Virus record (IMG/VR): IMGVR_UViG_2778261276_000011
Coordinates: 1-21,121 of that record
DNA from: a virus
Taxonomy: Duplodnaviria > Heunggongvirae > Uroviricota > Caudoviricetes
Reading direction: 5' to 3' (one strand)
DNA: 21,121 nt
The notes under the pieces are model-generated. The model saw nothing but the letters and a program-made list of their open reading frames with translations. It did no database searches and was not told where the DNA came from. The translations under genes and the position numbers were made by a program. Shown one piece after another: positions 7,680 to 14,070 of this stretch; the first letter of the stretch is position 1; the number at the start of each line of letters is the position of its first letter.

Positions 7680-7911
7680 CCCCCGTCCGGACGCAGCCGC
7701 CGAAGCTATCAGAACGCTGATGCACGCGCTGATTGATATTTCATGCACGGCAGCAACCGCAGAAAAACACATTACCATAGAGCCGGAATATACAGGGGCA
7801 ATAATCCCGCATTCGCTGGCATACGCACAGCTTACCGCTGATATGGCACTGAATGAGGCCAAAGCTATCCTGATTGCTGATTGTGAAAATGGGGGGGGTG
7901 GTTATGCGTGA
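7669..7911 (+). CDS. hypothetical protein (80 aa), operon member
   Basis: RBS GGGGGTGAG; start overlaps the upstream gene by 11 nt. Confidence 0.6.
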   Translation: MCNNPRPDAAAEAIRTLMHALIDISCTAATAEKHITIEPEYTGAIIPHSLAYAQLTADMALNEAKAILIADCENGGGGYA

Positions 7912-8137
7912 TGATCGTTTTAATGCCCTGAAACAGGAATTTGATGGCGCACCGGAAGATACAGATATTGCGCTGTTATGTGTTGCTGACATGGTAAAAG
8001 CTGCATGTTTTTTACTGGAAACCGCCGAACATTCAGGAACGGGTAGCGATATTCTCAATATTGCGTCGGACTATGCGGAATATGTGGCAGAGACGCGTTA
8101 CAGAAGTAAATTCCCGGAGGGGGTGAGCCATGCATGA
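7904..8137 (+). CDS. hypothetical acidic protein (77 aa), operon member
   Basis: ATG at 7904 preceded by GGGGGGGTGG; overlaps the upstream stop by 8 nt. The ORF track's earlier start at 7874 is a non-ATG codon. Confidence 0.55.
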   Translation: MRDDRFNALKQEFDGAPEDTDIALLCVADMVKAACFLLETAEHSGTGSDILNIASDYAEYVAETRYRSKFPEGVSHA

Positions 8138-8363
8138 TATTTACAATGACACAGTAGACCATGCATACAGCGCACTTGCTTACAGTGAAAACATGCTTGA
8201 AATATTGCGCTTATGGCTTGAAACGCTTGGCGATAATGAAAGAGATAAACGCAACAGCAATATTGCAACAGCATTAATAACGCTTCTTGAGCCTGTAATA
8301 AATGAACTGCAAGAAATAGACATCTTGCACGACAGATATAAAGAGCCACACACCGGAGAATAA
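8130..8363 (+). CDS. hypothetical protein (77 aa), operon member
   Basis: RBS GGAGGGGGTGAG; start overlaps the upstream stop by 8 nt. Confidence 0.6.
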   Translation: MHDIYNDTVDHAYSALAYSENMLEILRLWLETLGDNERDKRNSNIATALITLLEPVINELQEIDILHDRYKEPHTGE

Positions 8364-8368
8364 AAACC

Positions 8369-8668
8369 ATGAAAAAGAAAAATTCTGGCTTTACTGCCAG
8401 CGGCCCCGCTCGGCCTGAAATCCGCCCAGGCGATATTTTCCGGGATAACTACGGCGGCACGGTAACGATTAAAAGTATTGCCGGACGGTGCGTTACTTAC
8501 CGCCGTGATGGGTACAGCTACGACTGCGTGATGCCTGTTTATCAGTTACGGCGTGATTTTTCGCTGGTACAGGCCACACCACGCAGACAGCCCACCAGCA
8601 ACGCAAAGGCACGGGCAAATATTCAGAAAATGAAAAACATGATTAACGCATTCAGGGGTAAAAAATGA
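8369..8668 (+). CDS. hypothetical protein (99 aa), possibly DUF4222-like
   Basis: RBS GGAGA. The motif IRPGDIFRDNYGGTVTIKSI...YRRDGYSYDCVMPVYQLRRDFSLV resembles a small phage/enterobacterial family from memory. Its stop overlaps the rep start. Confidence 0.55.
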   Translation: MKKKNSGFTASGPARPEIRPGDIFRDNYGGTVTIKSIAGRCVTYRRDGYSYDCVMPVYQLRRDFSLVQATPRRQPTSNAKARANIQKMKNMINAFRGKK

Positions 8669-10080
8669 AACTGGCACCGAACTTAAAAAAACAGCCGCAC
8701 GACAAAATGACCGAAGTCATTATTTTTGCGGGTAGTGATGCCTGGGCGCACGCGAAACAGTGGCAGGAACAGGACGGGCGACTTGCTGGCGACAACGTGC
8801 CGCCTGTATGGCTTGGAGACAACCAGCTTGACGAACTGGCAGACCTGAAAATCATCGATGATGGTCGCTATTGTGTCCGGCTGTACAAGGCAGGCCACAT
8901 CAAGCCGTCAAATATTAATGCCATCGGGCAAAAGCTGGCGGCGGCAGGTGTACGGGATGCGAATTATTACCCTGAGGGAATGCACAGCCAGAAGCTGGAG
9001 AACTGGCACGACTACCTGCAACGGATCCGCGAACAGGCAGAGCGCGGGGAAATACTTACTGACGAGCAATACAGCCAGCGAAAAACCACACTACCAATGA
9101 GCATTGGGTCCGCAGGATACGACACACAGCTTGATTATGTCGTTAAGGGCGTGATTCCGGCTAATTCGTTGTGCAGCACATACGGCGCGAGCGGTTCCTA
9201 TAAATCGTTCCTCGCGTGTTCCTGGGCGTGTCATGTTGCCACGGGTCGCCACTGGGGAGGCCGCAGGGTGGCGCATGGTTCGGTGATGTATGTTGTCGGT
9301 GAAGGGGGTATAGGTGTCCCCCGCCGTATCAAGGCATGGGAAATCGTTAATGATGAACGGGTGGAAAATTTGTACCTGGTAAACCGCCCGATTTTTCCGG
9401 CTGTCCCGCTTGATGTTGATGAAATGGTTATCGCGTCCCGCCAGGTTGAACGGGAAACGGGTAAACCGGTACGCATGATTATTCTGGATACGCTGGCGCG
9501 TTGCTTTGGTGGTAATGATGAAAATGACGCGCGGGATATGGGGGCGTTTATCCGTGGATGTGACGAACTGAAACGACGCACAGGGGCCACGGTGCTGGTG
9601 GTTCACCATTCCGGCAAGGATGAAACAAAGGGGGCACGTGGTTCCAGTGCATTTCGTGCATCTCTGGACGCTGAATACCGTATTCGCCGTGAAGGTGCGG
9701 ACAGTGAAGCCCTGGTTATCTCCTGCACCAAAATGAAGGACGCGGAGGAACTGAAAGAGGCTGCATATGATTTACGCGTGGTGGAGCTTTTTACCGACGC
9801 TGACAAGGAGTTAATCACGTCGCTGGTGGTTGTGGATAAGCCGCGCCCACCAGTTGAACTGGAGCGCATCGAGGAAGCCGGGAACAAGACGGAGAATCAC
9901 GCCGCGCTATGGGGCTGTATCCGTTCACGCACACAGCGCGGCGATAAATGCACTATCCCGTTATTGCGTGATGATATGAAAAAGCTGGGGTATGAGATGA
10001 AGCACTTTAGTCGCTGGTTACGCAAGCTGGAAAGTGACGACGTAATCGCTATTGACGGCGATGATGTTCACCCGATGTAA
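8665..10080 (+). CDS. replication initiator / helicase-type ATPase (RecA-like, AAA_25/RepA-like) with a C-terminal DNA-binding region
   Basis: Walker A-like GASGSYKS and Walker B-like VRMIILDTLARCFGG with the downstream VLVVHHSGKD typical of RepA/DnaB-like RecA-fold ATPases. The gene is immediately followed by an iteron array. Confidence 0.8.
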   Translation: MKLAPNLKKQPHDKMTEVIIFAGSDAWAHAKQWQEQDGRLAGDNVPPVWLGDNQLDELADLKIIDDGRYCVRLYKAGHIKPSNINAIGQKLAAAGVRDANYYPEGMHSQKLENWHDYLQRIREQAERGEILTDEQYSQRKTTLPMSIGSAGYDTQLDYVVKGVIPANSLCSTYGASGSYKSFLACSWACHVATGRHWGGRRVAHGSVMYVVGEGGIGVPRRIKAWEIVNDERVENLYLVNRPIFPAVPLDVDEMVIASRQVERETGKPVRMIILDTLARCFGGNDENDARDMGAFIRGCDELKRRTGATVLVVHHSGKDETKGARGSSAFRASLDAEYRIRREGADSEALVISCTKMKDAEELKEAAYDLRVVELFTDADKELITSLVVVDKPRPPVELERIEEAGNKTENHAALWGCIRSRTQRGDKCTIPLLRDDMKKLGYEMKHFSRWLRKLESDDVIAIDGDDVHPM

Positions 10081-10082
10081 AA

Positions 10083-10281
10083 AGTGGGGAACAAAAGTGG
10101 GGAGAGTGGGGAATTTAACAAAAAATCAACGTTACTCCCCACTTTCCCACCTGTATATACCCAAAAAAGTGGGGAGTAAAAAACACATTGAAAAACATCA
10201 CGTTAGAATCACAAAAAAACGAGGTGGGGAGCAAGTGGGGAATTTTAAAAAGTGGGGAACAAAAGTGGGGAGTGGTGGGGA
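10083..10281 (+). repeat. iteron-type replication origin: about 10 copies of (A/G)GTGGGGA flanking an A-rich segment
   Basis: AGTGGGGA at 10083, 10096, 10105, 10168, 10234, 10251 and 10264; GGTGGGGA at 10223 and 10274; one inverted copy TCCCCACT at 10136. Clustered copies are spaced about 10-17 bp apart. The array starts 3 nt after the rep stop. Confidence 0.8.
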
Positions 10282-10533
10282 ATGAACAGAAAAACCAGAG
10301 ATAAAACAGTGCCAAAATATCGCGCATTAGACATGACAGAGCACGCCTTAAAGGTGGCAATCAGAACGATAGACCGCCACGCCGGGGAAGGATACGCGAA
10401 AGCACATCCCGAACTGATAAGCGCATTCATGGCCACGACGGCGGCAAACTTTGCCACGCTGACAGAACGGGAGATTGCCGAAGCGGAACAGGTGACAACC
10501 ATCAACGTTAAAACCGGAGAGCAGACAGCATGA
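10282..10533 (+). CDS. hypothetical protein (83 aa)
   Basis: The ATG uses the last iteron GGTGGGGA as its Shine-Dalgarno sequence. Its stop overlaps the SSB-like gene start (ATGA). Confidence 0.5.
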   Translation: MNRKTRDKTVPKYRALDMTEHALKVAIRTIDRHAGEGYAKAHPELISAFMATTAANFATLTEREIAEAEQVTTINVKTGEQTA

Positions 10534-10952
10534 CAGCACAGATAGCGGCTTACGGGCGGCTGGTGGCTGACCCACAGTTAAAGACCACCAGCAAAGGGAC
10601 ACAAATGGCGATGGCGAGTATGGCGGTTCCCCTGCCGTGCAGCCAAGCAGATGACGGAACGGCGACGATGTGGTTATCCGTCCTGGCGTTTGGCAGACAG
10701 GCCGACGCACTGGCAAAACACCACAAAGGCGAACTGGTGAGCGTGGCGGGTAACATGCAGGTAAGCCAGTGGACAGGCCAGAACGGCGAAACGCGGCAGG
10801 GCTGGCAGGTTATCGCAGACAGCGTAATCAGTGCCAGAACGGCGCGACCGGGCGGCAAAAAAGGCCAGCAGGGCCAGGCTACTGACGCACTGAACAGGGC
10901 AAAACAACAGGCGGGAAATGATGATCCGTACTGGGATAACATACCGTTTTAA
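10530..10952 (+). CDS. single-stranded DNA-binding protein, SSB family (short, divergent)
   Basis: OB-fold layout parallels E. coli SSB (IAAYGRLVADPQL... vs VILVGNLGQDPEV...; W.SVLAFGRQAD.LAKHHKGELV...QVSQWTGQNGETRQGWQV vs WHRVVLFGKLAEV...KGSQV...RKWTDQSGQDRYTTEV). A Gly/Gln-rich linker leads to a C-terminal tip DPYWDNIPF, reminiscent of the SSB acidic tail ending DDDIPF. Confidence 0.75.
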   Translation: MTAQIAAYGRLVADPQLKTTSKGTQMAMASMAVPLPCSQADDGTATMWLSVLAFGRQADALAKHHKGELVSVAGNMQVSQWTGQNGETRQGWQVIADSVISARTARPGGKKGQQGQATDALNRAKQQAGNDDPYWDNIPF

Positions 10953-10967
10953 GCAACGAGTGACAGA

Positions 10968-10995
10968 AGCCGGGATTTTTCCCGGCTTTTTTGTG
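10968..10995 (+). terminator. rho-independent terminator ending the element's rightward operon
   Basis: Stem AGCCGGG / CCCGGCT with loop ATTTTT, followed by TTTTTGTG. Confidence 0.75.
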
Positions 10996-10998
10996 CGC

Positions 10999-11033
10999 AA
11001 AAAAAATCCCCCGGGATGAGGTTCCGGGGGATT
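10999..11033 (-). terminator. rho-independent terminator, leftward-reading; with the previous hairpin forms a bidirectional terminator pair
   Basis: Perfect 10-bp stem AATCCCCCGG / CCGGGGGATT with a 9-nt loop, preceded on the plus strand by an A8 run (a T-run on the minus strand). Confidence 0.7.
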
Positions 11034-11127
11034 TCACGCCGCTAACGTGATTAGCGCTGAATGACTCTGTGGTACAAGGAGTAAAACCACGGCATCATGA
11101 TTTCATGATTTGCAACAACAGTCAATG

Positions 11128-11148
11128 TCATTGCAAAAAATGCAATGA
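11128..11148. promoter_or_regulatory. palindromic operator-like site TCATTGCA-AAAAA-TGCAATGA
   Basis: Perfect 8-bp inverted repeat around an A5 centre, inside a region with repeated CATGATTT (x2) and TTGCAA motifs; upstream of the ORF at 11211. Confidence 0.4.
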
Positions 11149-11210
11149 TAATTAAAATCATGAATGACTTTTCGTTATGTTTATTTTTTAGTCAAAGAGG
11201 AATCTCATTT

Positions 11211-11417
11211 ATGGGAACACAGAAGCCGGGCGGTGTATCCGTGTACATCAGCCCCGATATTATCGCCGCACTTAATGCGCGCTTTGAGGAGAACGCAGAG
11301 GCAGGAAAAAAAATCGGCCTTGATCCGTTGTGCCTGGTGAAGCCGTCAGTCGGCTGGATGGTACGCAGCGATTTACGCGCTGCGCTTGGTATGAATCAGC
11401 CTCATGGGGGTAAGTAA
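11211..11417 (+). CDS. hypothetical small protein (68 aa) translationally coupled to the capsid gene remnant
   Basis: RBS AAGAGGAA. Its stop overlaps the E start (TAATG). It sits where lambda has D but does not resemble lambda gpD. It is unclear whether this belongs to the prophage or the element. Confidence 0.45.
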   Translation: MGTQKPGGVSVYISPDIIAALNARFEENAEAGKKIGLDPLCLVKPSVGWMVRSDLRAALGMNQPHGGK

Positions 11418-12046
11418 TGACAGCGCCGCAACTGGTAAGCACACCAACGCTACTGAAAAATATCGGGCGCGAAGATGTGCCGGAATTTAAATTTAATCCA
11501 CTCTTTACTACGTTGTTCTTTCCGAACGTCGCTACTTTCAGCACCAGAGATATTGCACTTGATACGCTGGATATTGAAAACGTGGTCATGAGTCCGTTTT
11601 GTTCTCCAATGTCAGGCAGCCAGGTTATGCGTGACAAAGGTTTCACAACGAACACGTTCACGCCGGGTTATATGAAGCCCAAACACGTTATTGATCCCAC
11701 CAAAACAATCATGCGCATGGCTGGAGAACAGATCGGCAATGGTCAGTCTTCCCCGGCACTACGCCGCGTAAAAATGGTTCACGACAGCCAGAAAAAACAG
11801 CTTGCTGCCATCAAAGCGCGTGTTGAATGGCTGGCGGTCAATGCCATCACAACAGGCCGTAACGTTATTGAAGGCGAAGGCATTGAGCGTTATGAAATTG
11901 ACTGGGGATTACCCGCAACCAATCATATTACGCAGGCTGGCGGGAAAGAATGGTCAAAACAGGATGCCGAAACGTTTGATCCGATAAGCGACATTGAGGC
12001 TTACGCTGATTTTTCCAAAGGTACGGTATCCGGCAGGAAACACTGA
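11417..12046 (+). pseudogene. E: major capsid protein (lambda gpE family), N-terminal fragment of about 196 codons
   Basis: The product matches the lambda gpE N-terminal half (FKF.PLF..LFF, FTPGY.KPKH, ITQ.GG.EWSK.D..T.DP..DIEAYA). Homology ends after DIEAYA (about 12006) and the frame stops at 12046, whereas lambda gpE is much longer. Confidence 0.85.
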
Positions 12047-12717
12047 ATGAATGTACCCGTACGGAGCAGTCTGCCAGCCTGGTACTCTGGGAAATTGATC
12101 TGACAGAGATTGGCGGGGAGCGTTATTTTTTCAGTAATGAGCCTAACGAGAAGGGGGAGGCCGTCACCTGGCAGGGCCGGAAATATGAGGTGTATCCTGT
12201 TCAGGGAGCAGGGTTTGAAATGAAAGGCAAGGGAAGCAGCGCCCGCCCCACCCTGACGGTGTCCAACCTGTACGGGATGGTTACCGGGATGGTGGAGGAT
12301 TTACAGAGTCTGGCTGGCGGAACGGTGATCCGGCGTAAGGTTTACGCCCGTTTTCTGGATGCGGTGAATTTTACTAACGGAAACAGTGAAGCCGATCCGG
12401 AACAGGAGGTGATCAGTTACTGGCGTATTGAACAGTGCAGCGATCTGACGGCGGTGACGGCAACGTTTGTTCTGGCCTCGCCAGCGGAGACAGACGGTGC
12501 GGTTTTCCCGGGACGTACCATGCTGGCCAATACCTGTACCTGGACCTATCGCGGTGATGAGTGCGGTTATCACGGTCCGGCTGTCGCGGATGAATATGAC
12601 CAGCCGACGTCTGATATCACGAAGGATAAATGCAGTAAATGCCTGAGTGGCTGTAAGTCACGTCATAACGTCGGTAACTTTGGCGGTTTCCTTTCCATCA
12701 ATAAACTTTCGCAGTAA
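12028..12717 (+). pseudogene. L: tail tip protein (lambda gpL family), start codon lost at a deletion junction
   Basis: From 12028 the frame translates to IRQETLNECTRTEQSASLVLWEIDLTEIGGERYFF..., matching lambda gpL from residue 4 (MQDIRQETLNEC...) to the C-terminus (...GNFGGFLSINKLSQ). There is an in-frame stop at 12007-12009 and no ATG before the internal GTG at 12190. Confidence 0.8.
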
Positions 12718-12721
12718 ATCC

Positions 12722-13465
12722 ATGACAGAGACTGAATCAGTGATTCTGGCGCACGCCCGGCGATGTGCGCCAGCGGAGTCGTGCGGCTTCGTGGTGAGAA
12801 CGCCGGAGGGGGAAAGGTATCTTCCCTGCGTGAATATCTCCGGTACTCCGGAGGCGTGTTTCCGGATGGTACCGGAAGACTGGCTGCGGGCACAAATACA
12901 GGGCGAGGTGGTGGCGCTGGTCCACAGCCATCCCGGTGGTCTGCCCTGGCTGAGTGAAGCCGACCGTCAGCTGCAGGTACAGAGTGATTTGCCGTGGTGG
13001 CTGGTCTGTCGGGGGGCTCTCCATAAATTCCGCTGCGTGCCACATCTGACCGGAAGGCGCTTTGATCACGGGGTGACGGACTGTTACACGCTGTTCCGGG
13101 ACGCTTATCATCTGGCAGGAATTGAGATACCGGATTTTCATCGTGAGGATGACTGGTGGCGTAACGGTCAGAATCTTTACCTGGACAACATGGCAGATAC
13201 AGGCTTTTACCCGGTCACCCTGTCAGCGGCGCAGCCGGGCGATGTGTTGCTGTGCTGCTTTGGTTCATCGGTGCCGAATCATGCCGCCATTTACTGTGGT
13301 GACGGCGAGCTGCTGCACCATATTCCTGAACAACTGAGTAAACGAGAGAGGTATACAGAAAAATGGCAGCGACGCACACACTCCCTCTGGCGGCACCGGG
13401 CATGGCACGCCTCTGCCTTTACGGGGATTTGCAACGATTTGGCCGCCGCATCGACCTTCGTGTGA
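12722..13465 (+). CDS. K: tail tip assembly protein (lambda gpK family; NlpC/P60-like / JAB-type)
   Basis: Begins MTETESVILAHARRCAPAESCGFVV... (lambda K begins MTQTESAILAHARRC..., as recalled). ATG at 12722, 4 nt after the L stop. The frame stays open to 13465 and overlaps the I start by about 100 nt in another frame, so the true 3' end is uncertain. Confidence 0.75.
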   Translation: MTETESVILAHARRCAPAESCGFVVRTPEGERYLPCVNISGTPEACFRMVPEDWLRAQIQGEVVALVHSHPGGLPWLSEADRQLQVQSDLPWWLVCRGALHKFRCVPHLTGRRFDHGVTDCYTLFRDAYHLAGIEIPDFHREDDWWRNGQNLYLDNMADTGFYPVTLSAAQPGDVLLCCFGSSVPNHAAIYCGDGELLHHIPEQLSKRERYTEKWQRRTHSLWRHRAWHASAFTGICNDLAAASTFV

Positions 13466-14010
13466 AAACGGGGGCTGAAGCCATCCGGGCGCTGGCCACA
13501 CAACTTCCGTCGTTTCGTCAGAAACTGAGTGACGGCTGGTATCAGGTACGTATCGCCGGGCGGGATGTCAGCGAGTCCGGGGTAACGGCACAGCTCCATG
13601 AGCCGTTACCGGACGGTGCGGTGATCCACATTGTTCCCCGGCTTGCCGGTGCAAAGCATGGCGGAATTTTTCAGACCATCCTGGGTGCTGTGGTTGTTGC
13701 GGTAGCCTGGTGGAACCCCGCGGGCTGGCTGGGTGCGGCAGCACTTACGGGGATGTATGCCGCCGGGGCCAGTATGATCCTCGGCGGGATAGCGCAGATG
13801 CTGACACCGGCCATCAAAACGCCGTCCATGGAGTCCGCGGATAACGGCAAACAGAACACCTTTTTTTCCTCGCTGGATAATATGATCGCCCAGGGGAATC
13901 CGTTACCGGTACTGTATGGTGAGATGCGTGTGGGGTCGCGTGTGATTTCACAGAGTATCAGTACTGCTGATGAGGGTGATGGTGGTCAGGTTGTGGTGAT
14001 TGGTCGCTGA
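13363..14010 (+). CDS. I: tail tip assembly protein (lambda gpI family)
   Basis: MAATHTLPLAAPGMARLCLYGDLQRFGRRIDLRVKTGAEAIRALATQLP... and the C-terminal ...YGEMRVGSRVISQSISTADEGDGGQVVVIGR match lambda gpI as recalled. Confidence 0.9.
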   Translation: MAATHTLPLAAPGMARLCLYGDLQRFGRRIDLRVKTGAEAIRALATQLPSFRQKLSDGWYQVRIAGRDVSESGVTAQLHEPLPDGAVIHIVPRLAGAKHGGIFQTILGAVVVAVAWWNPAGWLGAAALTGMYAAGASMILGGIAQMLTPAIKTPSMESADNGKQNTFFSSLDNMIAQGNPLPVLYGEMRVGSRVISQSISTADEGDGGQVVVIGR

Positions 14011-14030
14011 TGTAAAACGTTTTATGTGAA

Positions 14031-14055
14031 ACCGCCTGCGGGCGGTTTTGTTGTT
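14031..14055 (+). terminator. hairpin plus T-run between I and J (possible attenuator or terminator)
   Basis: AACCGCC-TGCG-GGCGGTT followed by TTGTTGTT, about 15 nt upstream of the J start. Confidence 0.4.
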
Positions 14056-14070
14056 AATGGAGCCAGATAA

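Larger units (their letters stand above)
3631..11200 (+). mobile_element. P4/PICI-like integrative element (satellite or cryptic island) inserted into the prophage head-gene region; boundaries approximate
   Basis: Bounded on the left by the loss of portal homology and on the right by a bidirectional terminator pair plus the start of a head-gene remnant. Contents are a P4-type integrase, AlpA, a Bro-N protein, a leftward RHH gene, an Icd-like small ORF, a Rep ATPase, iterons and an SSB. There are no capsid or tail genes of its own. No clean att direct repeat was identified. Confidence 0.6.

Noticed and set aside
9091-9887. Minus-strand ORFs of 94-172 aa inside the rep gene
   Set aside because: Antisense to a gene with clear Walker A/B motifs; the products are low-complexity.
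10083-10281. Short-repeat array as a possible CRISPR
   Set aside because: The repeats are only 8 bp, irregularly spaced (about 10-17 bp within clusters), include an inverted copy and sit directly after a rep gene with no cas genes; this is an iteron origin.
12190-12717. The track's 175-aa ORF (GTG at 12190) as the intact L gene
   Set aside because: L homology clearly begins upstream at 12028 in the same frame, so this is the 3' part of a start-less L remnant rather than a shorter gene.
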